64,000 nucleotides of DNA from Octopus vulgaris (GCA_951406725.2 OX597825.1:32240001-32304000); one strand, 5' to 3'; shown: positions 41,260-55,546, counted from the stretch's first letter. Numbers and translations are program-made. The notes: generated from the sequence alone by a model not told the origin.

Positions 41260-42789
41260 CAGGAACTAAAAGAGCATTACTAAGATCCATACACAAAGAT
41301 CAAATACATACATATATTCATATATTCATTTATATCTACAGAACGGATATAAAATCCGACATATATAAATATAATAATATATATAAATAGATAAAAATCA
41401 TATAATACATATAAATAGATAAAAATCATATAATATATATAAATATATAAGAATCAGTGTTACATACAAAACACAGTGAATTTACGCTTAAAGTTATAAT
41501 TTATTGGTAAATTAAAAATTTTGGATAATAAAACATAAAAAGGACATATTAAAATGGCGTATTAAAATTCCAGAAAAAATACAAAAATACAAAAATTACA
41601 AAATTTTTCGGAGACGCGCCAATTAATATGATACATTTCATATATTCGAAACTGTACTTGATCTCTGTGTGTGGATTTTAGTAATGTTCTTCCGCTCAAA
41701 TTTTCCTCCGCTCAAATGTTCCTCCACTGAAATTAAGAAGCACTATATTTGGAGCACTACAACTCCAGTCTGTATTATATTTTGAGTATTGTTATTACTA
41801 TGTATTTTGTATTTTTATACATATGCATATATATACATACGTATACATAACGTCCTTATATGCATTGGAATGAAGCTGGCATGTTGAATATATACAAGCA
41901 AATAAAAGCAGATAAATATAGGATTAATACATTTTTTAACGGAGGAAGCTTGCAATTGGAAGAGAAAATGTGTAAGTTATTAAAGTTTAAAATTTGCTGA
42001 ATAAAAACGAAATTAGAATTATTAAGATTATAAAATTAAAATAAATTATCTTACATAATATAAATCAGTGGATTTTTTAACGGTTGTAAGTCTAACTAGA
42101 TGTGTTCAATAAGACAAGATGCACAAAATTATAATAGAACAATGCAACAAAAATCATTTTCTAAAAGAAAGCATTGATAAATGAATAATCATAATGAGAA
42201 CTTTCAAAATACATGAACAATGGACGAATAGTGAATTTTCTCTTCTGGGCATACGTTTATATTATAACTAAAAGCTAAACTTCGAAATTCGGTAGGCAAA
42301 AGGTCATAGATAAAATTCAGTGCAGTTGGTAGAGAAATGCATTTAAAAGTATCGAAGAGTCAAATAGTTTGTAGATAGTGGAAGGTTTTTGGAGAGTCTG
42401 TTGTTGGTGAAATAAAATAAAATAAAATAATATGAATGAAAATAAAATGAATACGAAGTGATATGTGCAGGTAAATTTGAGAGAATTTTAGTAAGCCCGA
42501 AGAGCACTTTTGCTATCTATATGGAATTTTTTGTCAAATCATCAAATACTTCGAAGCGTGTCTGCAGCGGTTCAAGTGTTCTGATCTTTGGTTTGAAGCG
42601 TTTTTCTCCTGGAAGAAGATAAGAATTTCTCGCTCAAGTATGTGTGGGTATGTACATATGTATGTATGCACGTATATGCATGTGTATATATGTAGATGTG
42701 TACACTTAATGTATATGCATATATATGTGGGTGTATGTGCACATTTATATGTGTATTCATATACATATGTGCAAATGTGTGTGTATGTT

Positions 42790-42823
<34 letters not shown>

Positions 42824-43449
42824 CAGAAAGAGAGAGAGAGAGAGAGAGAGAGCGTGAGAGAGGGAGAGGGAGAGATGTATGTATTTATGTATATGTGTAT
42901 AGTCATAGATTTGCATGTTTGTATGAATGTATATGCACCGTTATTGAATTTTTCAACCTAAGAACTTCTTCAATCCATGCTTTTTAATTTTATAAAAACA
43001 AACTTGCGCCTCTATTAATTATTAATTAACTTCTGGGGTTACCATGCCGGGCGAAATGCTTAGCGGTATTTCGTCTGTCTTTACGTTCTGAGTTCAAATT
43101 CTTCTGAGGTCGACTTCGCTTTCATCCTTTCGGGGTCGATAAATTAAGTACCAGTTGCGTACTAGGGTCGATCTAATTTACTGGCCCCTTCCTCAAACAT
43201 TTCGGGCCTTGTGCCTAGAGTAAAAAGAATATATTTATATTTTTATTGTTTAATTTATACACTCCCAACCAATACAACCGTAAGCGAATACGTCGTTTAT
43301 GTTTTAAACATAAGTTACCCATTCAAATTCAAATGTTTATTCGTCAAATTGGATTATATCTAATCATATATTAGATGTGCCATCACAATTTTATTCCAGT
43401 CTTCATCACAACTGTCCGACGGGCGGAAGCGTGAAACTCTGAGTAACAG
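40667..43449. repeat. Inverted pair of ~430-bp Penelope-type terminal repeats enclosing Penelope 3' fragments
   Basis: 40667-41100 is the reverse complement of 42880-43449 (the latter interrupted by a family C SINE). Between them, minus-strand LSEKFL...NQRSEHLNRCRHASKYL (42546-42640) matches the Penelope C-terminus. Confidence 0.75.
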
Positions 43450-43553
43450 ATTTTTGTGATATTTTTGCAATAAAAATGGGCATGTTACTCTACCCTTAGT
43501 ATTAGAGTACTCCTTTCTTACACCTTGTTGTACATTTATATGATTACTCGCGC

Positions 43554-43624
<71 letters not shown>

Positions 43625-43625
<1 letters not shown>

Positions 43626-43812
43626 ACCGCGTGTGTACCGTTGGCGATTTTTTTCCTCCGTCTTCCCTTCTTTGGATCTTTCTTTTCCTATGTTTCTGAC
43701 GAAGAGCTCCGCTCGAAACGTTAACCCCTCCTTCTTTCCTGAGCGTCCAATAATACTATACTTGTTCCACGTCCTCGCGTTGTTGTGTTCTTTTGTGCTT
43801 TCTTGTTTGGAT

Positions 43813-43817
<5 letters not shown>
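43625..43817 (+). mobile_element. ~200-bp repeat inside (TA)n carrying a minimal hammerhead core
   Basis: ttt-CTGACGA-a-gagctccgctc-GAAAC-GTT-aa at 43693-43724. Relatives at 7345-7545 (+), 36470-36645 (-) and 14310-14495 (-). Confidence 0.6.
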
Positions 43818-43860
<43 letters not shown>

Positions 43861-44657
43861 TATACATATACATATACATACATACACATACACACACACA
43901 CATATACATATATATGTGTGTGTGTGTGTGTATGTTTTTCCCGAATTTGTGTGAATGGGTATAGAATAATATATCAGTTGAATAAAGTGAAAACATGGTC
44001 TGGTTTTCACGTTTTTTTATTATGGTATTTCAACATTAAAAAAATATTTTGTAATGCTCATAAAGTTAAATTAGCGCTTTCGTAATAGAGTAATCATCAG
44101 ATTTCAAATATGTTTAACTGACAATTGAGTTCTTGACAACTGTAGTACCTGTTAGAACGCTCCAACAAGATGAGTTTTTAGAATACGGTTTTGACCAATC
44201 CGCATGCAGCTTAAACATCATTTTTGCCAGGCGTACCGATATTCTATAATTTGTTTATATTTATATGCGAGAGATATTTTTTTAATCCACATCATTAACT
44301 GGTTGTTATATTATCCCTGTTATTTCCGTTCAGAATAGGTTTGAACATTTTAAAAACCGTTTTTCTTTTATCTTTCTTCTTTTATCTTGTCATGTAGTCT
44401 GTGGAAAGGAAAAAATTAGAAATATTTTCTAATCACATGTCTCTAAATGTTCGCTCAATGGAATTTGGCGAACATTGGTGTTCCGGATTTATTGCCTGTG
44501 GACTCGTGAGCGTTCCGATAATGCATTCCCTGTCTCACATATATATAATTCCTTGCAGTTCGGGCATTTAATGTAGTAGATCAATTTTCTGCTTTTAAAA
44601 AGCGCGAAAACCAGATCGTGCTTTAACTTTATTCAGCTGATATATATATATATACAC

Positions 44658-44726
<69 letters not shown>

Positions 44727-45522
44727 ATTCTTACGGGTAAGTTCTGTTTTTGTGCAGCAGTTACCGTATTTTCCGGCATAGAAGCCGACAGGAAATATTC
44801 AAGCATCTCTAACTTTTCATATTCTGCTGCATTTCAGATGGAATTTTTGGTCCTCTAATTTCATCTTGGTGTATAAGTCGACCTACATTTTTTTATTGTA
44901 AATTTCACTTGTATGAAGGAAAATATGTTACTGAAATATTTTTGCCTCAGCTTTCATATGAATACAGCATAGATAGTTACATCTGGTCTGTTTTCCAATT
45001 TACTTCAATTCCCCTATTACTGACCTAATAGTCGGGATGGTGTACGATTACTTCAATTCACATATCCGTGTCTTTGTTTTACACTGCGTACTATTATGTA
45101 TATATATTTCATTTCTCTTTTTTCTTTCCCATTTGCTGTACTGTCCTTATTCTCATTTACCAATACATTTCCAACCTCTATACTGTATCTAATTACTGCT
45201 CTATGTATAGAAAATATTACATTTTTCGTGTCATCTAATTAATCATAGGTTTCGTTGTTTTCCTCCTCTAACTCTTTGAGCTCACTTAATTTCCAATTTA
45301 TTATATGGAAACTGTAGCTAATTACTGAGATAGCTAGTGTTTTTGTACTAATTTCGCTTATATGTTTGCGTCTAGTTCTGCTTCTAATAATAATCCGATT
45401 CCGGTTTTATGGTTTATACGTATACGTAATTGCATACACACGTACATACATATCCATGCATACATATGTATATATGTGTATGTATATATACATACTTATT
45501 TATGTATATGTACATACATATA

Positions 45523-45589
<67 letters not shown>

Positions 45590-46276
45590 TACATATACAT
45601 ACACACACAGATATATATATATATATGTATATATGCATGCGTGTATGCATGCGTGTATGTATGTATGTGTCTATTAATGATTTTCTTTCATTTGATTATG
45701 CTGAATGTTTCTTGTTTTCTTTATTCTTAGCTAATTATACATATGTTCTTGTTCAAGCTCTCTGATTTTCGATCTTTATTTTGTTATCGTTTGATTTTCT
45801 TGATTTTCTTCAGTTGTTCTTTTTTCTATTTTGTTTTTATTTTTGTTTTCTTTTGGTTCGCTTTGACACACTTCCCAAATTCTAAGTTCATGGGAAAGTA
45901 ATTACGGAATCCTCTGGAGTGGAACTTCAAGTTTGATTGTCTTTCTTTGTTTCATATCAAGTAATGATTTTATGGCTCTTTTTTTTTTTTGAAAGATGTT
46001 GCAATCAGTCGGCTTCAGCAGCTCTAAAAGTTGTGTCAATATCAGATAAAATAAGAATTGGGGGATGGACAGTAGAAGATTCTGCTGCTTATATGGATTT
46101 GGCTACTTTATCATTAAAGCGACATACACGGTGGCGAGCTGGCAGAATCGTTAGCACACCGGGCGAAATTCCTTTCCGGCATTTTCAACCGCGTTTACGT
46201 TCTGAGTTCAAATTCCCCTGTCATCGACTTTAGTTTTTCTCCTTTCGGGGTCGAGGAAATACCAGTTGATGCTTAA

Positions 46277-46497
46277 CCCTTTAGCATTTAAACCGGCCAT
46301 ATCCGGCCAAAATATTCTCCCCTATTTTATGTTCAAATTGGCCAGATCTGGCCTCTCACACCAGTCCTACTATATAATTCTAAAAGTGAATAGTTACTTC
46401 ATCAAAATCTCAAAGCTACAAGATAATGCAGGATTAATTCAAAACAAGGTGAATAAATAAGCATTACTTTTGATAGAATAACGTGAATACTAAAGGG
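46277..46497. mobile_element. piggyBac-type MITE nested in a family C SINE
   Basis: TTAA on both sides, ends ccctttagcatt / aatactaaaggg. A degenerate copy lies at about 13740-13860. Confidence 0.8.
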
Positions 46498-46947
46498 TTA
46501 AGGTCAATGTAATTGACTATCTTCTTTCCCGTAAATTTCAGGTCGTGTGTCTATTGTACAAAGGGGTATTATGACAGAAGATTGGTAGAATAGATAGAGT
46601 GTCAGACAAGATATCTTGCAACCTTTGTGAACCGAGTCTTTTCATTCTGCCGAGATCAAATTTACCTCTTAATTCTCAAAGGCTGACGAAACAAGAGACA
46701 GGCATACCTCAATCTGGTAATTTGTTCCATGTCATGACACCAAAGTACATTTTAAAAAGTTTATTAGTTAACATCTATTTTAATAGGCGTAGGAGTGACT
46801 GTGTGGTAAGTAGCTTGCTTACGAACCACATAGTTCTCGGTTCAGTCCCACTGCGTGGCACCTTGGGAAAGTGTCCTCTACTATAGCCTCGGGCCGACCA
46901 AAGCCTTGTGAGTGAATTTGGTAGACGGAAGCTGAAAGAAGCCCGTC

Positions 46948-46995
<48 letters not shown>

Positions 46996-49900
46996 ATATG
47001 TTTGTGTGTCTCCCACAACATCATCGCTTGACAACTGATGCTGGTGTGTTTACGTTCCCATAACTTAGCGGTTCGGTAAAAGAGACCGATAGAATAAGTA
47101 CTAGGCTTACAAAGAATAAGTCCTGGGGTCGATTTGCTCGATCGACTAAAGGCGGTGTTCCAGCATGGCCACAGTTAAATGACTGAAACAAGTAAAAGAG
47201 TAAAGTGTAAGGAGTAATAAATGATTTGTATATGTCTTCACAGGTATTTTATTGATACATCAGTTCAGTATTCGTGTTCAGATGTTTTTTAAAAGCTTTT
47301 ATGCTTTTAAATATGTTCGATTACACCAACATAAAGTCGGATAAATCGACTGAAGTTGAAGTCTATTCATTCCATTAATTTCTTTAAAGACTACGTAAGT
47401 CGAAAAATACGTAGCTCGAAACGATATAAGTTGCGGTACGCCTGTAATAGTTACGTACTAATCGACTAACTCCTCAAAATTGGTGGTTTTGTGTTTCAAT
47501 AAGAAATAGTTATTAAAGGGTGGTAGAACGTGTGGATCATCGAACGAAATGATTTCTGTTATTTGTTCCGCTCCTTTACTTTCTGAGTTTAAATGGAGCC
47601 GGGTGTAACTTTACCTTTCATCTTTACGGAGACGATAAAATAAAGTACCAGTCAAGTACCGGGGTCAATAGAATTTACAATTTCCTTCTTCTAAAATGTC
47701 AGGCCTTGTGCTTGTTAGAAACAATTCTTATTGTTGGGATAATCAGTGACAGAAACAGATTGAATATGTAGCAATTAACTATGTCCATTTATTTTCGGCA
47801 TTCAAATCCTATGGATGTCAACTCGACTTTCACTCGATCAGGTTCGATAAAATCTAGGGCATCCGCTATCAGTGTTTATCATTTGCACAGGCCGGAGCGA
47901 GCGGTTTTTTGTTTTACTTCTTCTGAACATTAGTAATTGCTCATGTATGCATGCATTTTGTACAACATTTTACGGCCGATAGAGCCTTGCGCCAGTGTTG
48001 ACGCAGGAACTAGTGTTTCTGTCTATAAGCAAAGCTTTGGAATATCATAATGCATATCAGCCAATACGCTTAACAGTTTCCGCCAATATGTTGGAAGCGT
48101 ATTGTATCTCATCCTACACCCTAGGAATAATTGAATGTGACCTTTTACTGATAACTAAGCAGCACTTTTTAAATGCTGAGTTCAAATCGAATCGAGGTTA
48201 ACTATTCCCTTTCGGGAGTCGATAAAATACGTACATGTATATACGAATATAATGCGGTGTTATTTTGAATCCAAAATAACACCGCATTAAATGAATCAGT
48301 AATGGACGAATATTAGAACATCTGGGAAAAATAGGTTTCGTTCTGAGAGCCCAAGTTGTCCCGAGCATTGTGAATGGCCGTTGGGGCGCACTTTTGCTGT
48401 CTAAGCAGAATGTTTGACTGATCGCTGACCCATGTTATCACTGATCAATTCGTGATAAGTGCAACACTGTTCACTACTGGGCGTACCGTGTTAACCGGAT
48501 CAGTAACGAAGGAGTCAGTTGTTAACGAGGATAGATGTACCAATCGATTATGTTCTTTCTTAACGAAAAGTGTGTCAACCTTACCAAACATTATTATTAC
48601 CAAAGTTCACATTTCTGGAGTCATGCAAATAATTTCTGTTCATGACAGTAATTTCGTTGCCAAATATTACAAATTTCTTAGCAACAGTCATAAGTGTAAA
48701 TGAATCGATACAGTAATCATAATATATACAGTGAAAATTTGCCCTGAGCAATCAGAAACACCTCTTCTGCCCTCGAACTGGGTTATAATTTCCATTTAAA
48801 TTACAGCCTACAACAACTAAATATAAATAAGAATAATTCACAAAGACATGACTTAATCTGGAGATATTTTCAATTGTAAATTAGCTATTTCTAATCTGTG
48901 CTAGAGTTCGACCAGCAGTAGAATTTCGTGCATACTCTCGTCGTAGAATATCATTACCAGCTAATTGACTTTGATAAATGTTTAACCGAGGAGTTAACTG
49001 AATTCTTATTTGTACACAACCAAAGCTTATATTCTAATATGCATCTAACCAGAGCTTAGATGTGTGGTGTCGTGTACTGTGCAATTAAGATTAGCTCACG
49101 GCAAATTGCATCGACCCAGTTGCAGCCACTCAGAGGTTTCAATCCACCATTGAAACTAATGTACTTTCCACATGTCACAGGCGTAGCTGTGTGGTAAGAA
49201 GTTTGCTTCCCAACCATACCGTTCCAGGTTCAGTCCTACTGCGTGGAACCTTGGGCAAGTGTCTTCTACTATAGCTCTGGGTCGATCAAAGTCTTGTGAG
49301 TGGATATGGTGGACAGAAAATGTGCGTATATATAAATATAAGCGCGTGTGTGTGTTTAAGAGTCCTTGTGTTCGTATTTGTCTCCCTCTACAACCGGAGT
49401 TAGTTTGTTTACATCCCGTAACTTAATAGTTCGGCAAAAGCGACCAATCCAATAAGTGCCAGGTTTCCCAGATTCAGTGGCGAATATATATTTATTACTC
49501 AGATGTGGCACTGATCCGTCACAGGGTTACTCACTTTTTGCCCGCCGAGTGGACTGGAGCGACGAGAAATGAAGTGTTTTTCTCCAGAACACAACGCATC
49601 GTCCGGATCAGGAAACAAAACCACAACCTGACGACCATGATTGTAACACCCTAACCACCAAGCCACACACCTCCACACATGTACACGCACGAGCGCACAC
49701 ACAAACACGCACACACAAACACACACAAACACACACACACACACACACAAACACGCACACATGCACACACAAATGAAATGCTTTTATGTGTTCGTTGTGC
49801 CTGAGTCAGAAAAAGGAGCACATTCCATAACAAAATTTGGGCTGTAAAACTTTTACACTGTCGAGTAGTGTTTCTTGTTATGGCATATAAGTTACCATTG

Positions 49901-50469
49901 ACTACACATTTTCTCTTGCACTTGGCAATGCAGATAACACGTCAGATATGCTGTCCAGAAGCACATAGTCTATTCAAAGCTAGAAGTAAGTATATTATAG
50001 CCTCGGAGAGCGTGATGGCGAAAAAAATAACCGAAACGTAAAATCCCTTTTCTGAGAGGAAAAAGGAATTGCTCTCAGTGTATGAATTCAGCCGTGGCCG
50101 ATGGGGATCAGCAGTGCATTCGTCCATTTTTTTCCATTCACTAGTCTATAAAAGGGAAGTCCATGTTTCCAAAACGAATTTTCCGTCATGAGGGCCAGGG
50201 TTAAAAGATTCAATTTCTACGTACATACATACATACATACATACATACATACATACATACATACATACATGCATGCATGCATGCATACATACATACATAC
50301 ATACATGCATGCATACATACATACATACATGCATGCATACATACATACATACATGCATACATACATACATGCATGCATACATACATACATACATACATAC
50401 ATACATGCATGCATACATACATACATACATACATACATACATACATACATACATACATACATACATACA

Positions 50470-51658
50470 AAACAGTGGCCCCACAATGCGTTTGCAATGT
50501 CAGTACTCATACCAACATTTGGGTTGCTTGATCGGATGCTTGATGAGATTCGAGCCATTGATGTGATTTTCCACACAAACAGTGACGTAGACTGCCTCTA
50601 CCTGAAACGTAAACAAGGCGGTAGAGGCTTAACACCGATCCAAAATGCCTTTGAATGTCATATATCCCTTCGACCACATCTTTTAACCATCAAGTGTCGA
50701 AGTGCATTCCTTGGCCAAATTTGCATACATGAAGCTGATAAGTCTCGGAAGGCAACTCCTTGAGCAACATTCCTTGTTTGATAACCTAGAATACATTCCC
50801 AAAGAAGTCGCATGACTCTTCCGCAATATATCATCAGATGAAAGGATGAGCGTTTATGAACAGAAGACTATACATAGTTATGTTAGTAAAAAGCTCCGAG
50901 ATGATAGTAACATTGATCATCAATACAGTCTATCATGGACCAATAACCAGATTGCTACTTCCCATTTTGAAGGGTATGCGTTTGCAATTCAGGAACAAGA
51001 AATATCAACCAAATACCTGATGCATAAAAGAGATAGAGGTGCTAGAAAAGCAGTAAAATGTGAAAACCGATGCAGACTTTGTGGAGTTAAGACCGAAGAT
51101 ATTCCCACATCATAAGCAGCTGTCCGAAAATGTCATCACGGTATTATCTACTGATGAGACATGATGTAGCTAGGACACTATAATGAAAACGGTCTGAAAG
51201 ATAACCCCGAGGACAAAGAAATAAAAACCCACATTATGGTTGAGACCATAGCCGCTTATAATAAAAAGGAGTGTTGGTGGAATATCCCAGTGAAAACCTT
51301 AATAAAATATAAGCACAATAGATCTGATATAATGATTTGGGATAGAGAAGCGAAACTGTGTACAGTTGTGGAAATTAGCTGCTCAGCGGTTGTTAACATA
51401 AAGCTGAAGATCAGTGAGAAAGAGCATACCGACGCTGAACTATTGAGAAATCTGAGGTTACTCTATCCAGATGATAAGTTCAGGTTTATACCTGTAATTA
51501 TTCAGGCCCTGGGATATGTAACACACTGCCTAAATACCAATCTTGAGAAATTAAACTTCTCAAAACCAGAAAGGAGAAAACTGATTCGAAGACTACAGAT
51601 CCAATCCATCACTGGAACTATAAAATTCTGTAAAACTTACCAGAAATTTATCATTTAA
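50470..51658 (+). pseudogene. 5'-truncated non-LTR retrotransposon with restriction-like endonuclease (R4/Dong clade)
   Basis: CLYLKRKQGGRGL, FAIQEQEI, CCHC knuckle CRLCG...HIISSC, RHD, HNRSDIMIWD...VVEISC and FIPVIIQALG, across frameshifts. Confidence 0.88.
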
Positions 51659-51667
51659 ATATATATA

Positions 51668-52612
51668 CAATAGCGAGCAAAAAAAAAAAGAGAACAATAA
51701 AAAGCTAGTAAACGTATAAATTCGTAATTGGTTTCGTAAACACGGTCAACCAATAGCTAAATTCTCTGAAAAATCTAAGTTTGTACAATGGACTTAAAAG
51801 TTGATAACACTAACACTAGTTTCGTCCAAATATCTCATGTGCAAAATAAGAGAACGATTAGATTCCTTCAAAAATTTCTGGAAATTTCAAACATTGTTTA
51901 CATTTGCAGGCTCAACGTTACTGCCGTCTCAGTATTGTGCTAGCTTTCGAACATGGCACACCACTCTAAAGTTACTCCCGACCTCCGAAAAGAAATTGTC
52001 AGGATGAAAGTTTCAGGAAAGACTCTCTTGGCAATTTCACGAGACGTAAGGAGGTCTAAGAGTGTAGTTTCACGTGTTCTTAGGCTCTATGAAGAAACTA
52101 AAGGTTTTTAACAAAAAAAAAAAAAAAAAGGTAACTGGTAGACCATGCAAAACCACCATACGAGATGATCGAGTCACGAAACGGTATGTATTGAAGGAAC
52201 TTTTCGATACTGCGGCTGGAATTTCTAAGAAAATAAAAGTAAATAATGGCATGGAAGTGATCCGCTTTACAGTGTCTCGTCGTCTGAAGGAATTTGGATT
52301 AAAAACTTGTTCCCCGACAACGAAACCTACCATCAGCAAGACGAACAATTTGGAAAGACTTTCATTTGCAGAAACTCATGTGAACTGGAGGAATGAACAT
52401 TGGTCAAAAGTTCATTTTAGCGATGAAAGCAAATTCACTTTAGTAGGTTCAGATGGTAGACAGTATGTTAGGCGCTTCACAGGAGATCGGCTAAAATTCA
52501 AGTGCCTGAAGAAATCTGCCAAGTTTGGAGGAGGAAGCGTCCAGGTGCGGGGAATGATTTCTTCTGAAGGAGTTGGTCCTCAAGTGCATATTAAAGGGAC
52601 TATTAATGCTGT
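51668..52612 (+). mobile_element. 3'-truncated Tc1 transposon
   Basis: Begins after TA. ATG at 51953 gives MAHHSKVTPDLRKEIV (HTH region), frameshift at a poly-A run near 52113-52129, then GRPCKTT, WSKVHFSDESKF and KFGGGSVQV. Second D, E and right TIR are absent. Confidence 0.88.
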
Positions 52613-52934
52613 ATTTCTACTCGTCATTTCGAGCATTGAACGGCAATATAAGTCTTCGAAGACAGTTGCTCCCATAAGTACCAAAATAAAATTTGGAATT
52701 TATAGAGGGTCAAAGTTGGGAACAAAAACAGGACAGTGTAGACATACAAGGAGACCGAACGAAAACAAGCATAGAGGGTCGTTAGACCAGAACGAGGGTA
52801 AAAACTCGAACGCTGGAGAAATATTTTCTTTGACAAAAGAAAAGATAGAAGCGAGAGATAGGTTACGTCCAGTCCTGAAAGAAAAGAAAGATCATCGCGT
52901 GAGGAAAAGAAAATTGAACGGTGGTCACGTGTGA

Positions 52935-52978
<44 letters not shown>

Positions 52979-53148
52979 AGAGAGAGAAAAGATGAAACAG
53001 GGGGAGAGAGACAGGTAGAAAATGGTGAAGGGAGAAAAAGGGAATTAGAGAAAAATATGTGAGAAAAACAGTATAGATGTAGAGTCGCATCAAAAAGAGT
53101 AAGATAAACTTACTTGGAAATAAATGCGTGGTGTTCAATCAAATAATG

Positions 53149-53203
<55 letters not shown>

Positions 53204-53223
53204 TAATAATAATAATAATAATA

Positions 53224-53256
<33 letters not shown>

Positions 53257-53352
53257 CTGCGTACCCATATATGCATATGTATATATATTATCTATATTAT
53301 TATTTGATTGAACGTCACGCATTCATTTCCAAGTAAGTTTATATATATATAC

Positions 53353-53429
<77 letters not shown>

Positions 53430-53880
53430 TTATATAAAAGGTGCAGGCAAACTGTAATATTTGAAATTCGATATTTTGCAGATTCATTAAGCGAATGGAT
53501 TGTGCCATAAAATACACAGATCTATAATTGAAGAATATGGAGTTGATGTTTGGTCTTCATTTAGATTGGTGAACATTTGTAACGATTTCGGCAAGTTGCA
53601 GGCAATATCTATCAGATGATGATTGATGTGTGTGGAATCTGGAATTACGCTTAGAGTTACAGTCACAAGCACACAAACAACCAAGTAAACAAACGAAAAA
53701 AAAAAAAAAATGATACTCGACATATTTGGAAGCAGTTACAGACATTATTGAATATCAGTTTGGTTTAATTCCACATGACTTAAAGTTCCGTGGGCGCGTA
53801 GGACGACCCTCAGCTCTTCAGATATGTGGAGAGAGGAAACTCCAGTTACTCTTCTCAATTCATTTTACGAAAAGGGATAT

Positions 53881-54752
53881 ACACATACATACATACATAC
53901 ATACATACATACATACATACATACATACATACATACATACATACATACATACATACATACATACATACATACATACATACAATACATACATACATACATA
54001 CATACATACATACAATACATACATACATACAATACATACATACATACAATACATACATACATACATACATACATACATACAATACATACATACAATACAT
54101 ACATACATACAATACATACATACATACATACAATACATACAATACATACATACAATACATACATACATACATACAATACATACATACATACATACAATAC
54201 ATACATGCATACATACAATACATACATACATACATACATACAAACATACATACATACATACAATACATACATACATACATACATATATACATACATACAA
54301 TACATACATACATACATACATACATGCATACATACATACATACATACATACATACATTCATACATGCATGCATGCATGCATACATACATACATACATACA
54401 TACATACATACATACATACATACATACATACATACATACATACATACATACATACATACATACATACATACATACATACATACATACATACATACATACA
54501 TACAATACATACATACATACATACATACATACATACATACAATACATACATATATACATACATACATACATACATACACACATACATACATACATGCATG
54601 CATACATACATACGTACATACGTACATACATACATACATACATGCATACATACATACATACATACTTACATACATACATACATACATACAATACATACAT
54701 ACATACATACATACATACAATACATACATATATACATACATACATACATACA

Positions 54753-54783
<31 letters not shown>

Positions 54784-54891
54784 CAATACATACATACATA
54801 CATACAATACATACATACATACATACATACATACAATACATACATACATACATACATACATACATACATACATACATACATACATACATAC
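53881..54891. repeat. ~1-kb (TACA)n array with TACAA and TGCA variants
   Basis: Directly visible. Source of the 360-390 aa YIHT/MYVC ORFs. Confidence 0.97.
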
Positions 54892-55546
54892 AGTCTTTTC
54901 CATTTAATGTAGCAATCGTAGTCTTGTAACTCGAAAATGGTTTTAGCGATACTCTTAACAAAACAAGCGAAAATAATCATGAACAATATTTCATCAATTA
55001 CTTATAGAAAAAATATAAAATATGACTAACATCTACGCGTGTATGTGTGTGTTATGTCGTTCATGGCCTCCACATAGAGTATTTAATCCAGTACAACTTG
55101 TTTCAGGTTGTTGGCAAATTAATCTGTAATCTCACCAAACCTTCTTTGGTTGTGAGGATGATTTGTGAACACCTTTAAGGGATGAAAAAACTTGCTTAAA
55201 AGCGGTTGAACTCAGTAGAATGAGCGGTGATCCAGTATATTTTATAGATGCATGTTTAAGACACAAGCGGAAAATAAAAGTGCTTACATACATACATACA
55301 TACGCGTGCACACACACGTACACACACACACATACACACACACGTATGTGTTTGTATGTATGTATAAGTCTGGTGGATCAAGTAAGAAAAACAACTTTCA
55401 ATACACATTTTTTAATCAGCTGTAAATTTACGTAATTAACAGAAGGATCATACATTTTGATATGCATGTATATGTACACACATACATATATGAATCCATC
55501 CATCCATCCATCCATCCATACTCACACACACATATATCAGCATTCA

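Noticed and set aside
52074-52934. 286-aa ORF as an intact or domesticated Tc1 fusion protein
   Set aside because: N-terminus is frameshifted at a poly-A run, the catalytic domain is cut after the first D, and the tail is read-through into an unrelated repeat.
53726-54961. 360-390 aa ORFs in several frames
   Set aside because: Translations of the (TACA)n array, open on both strands because the repeat lacks stops.
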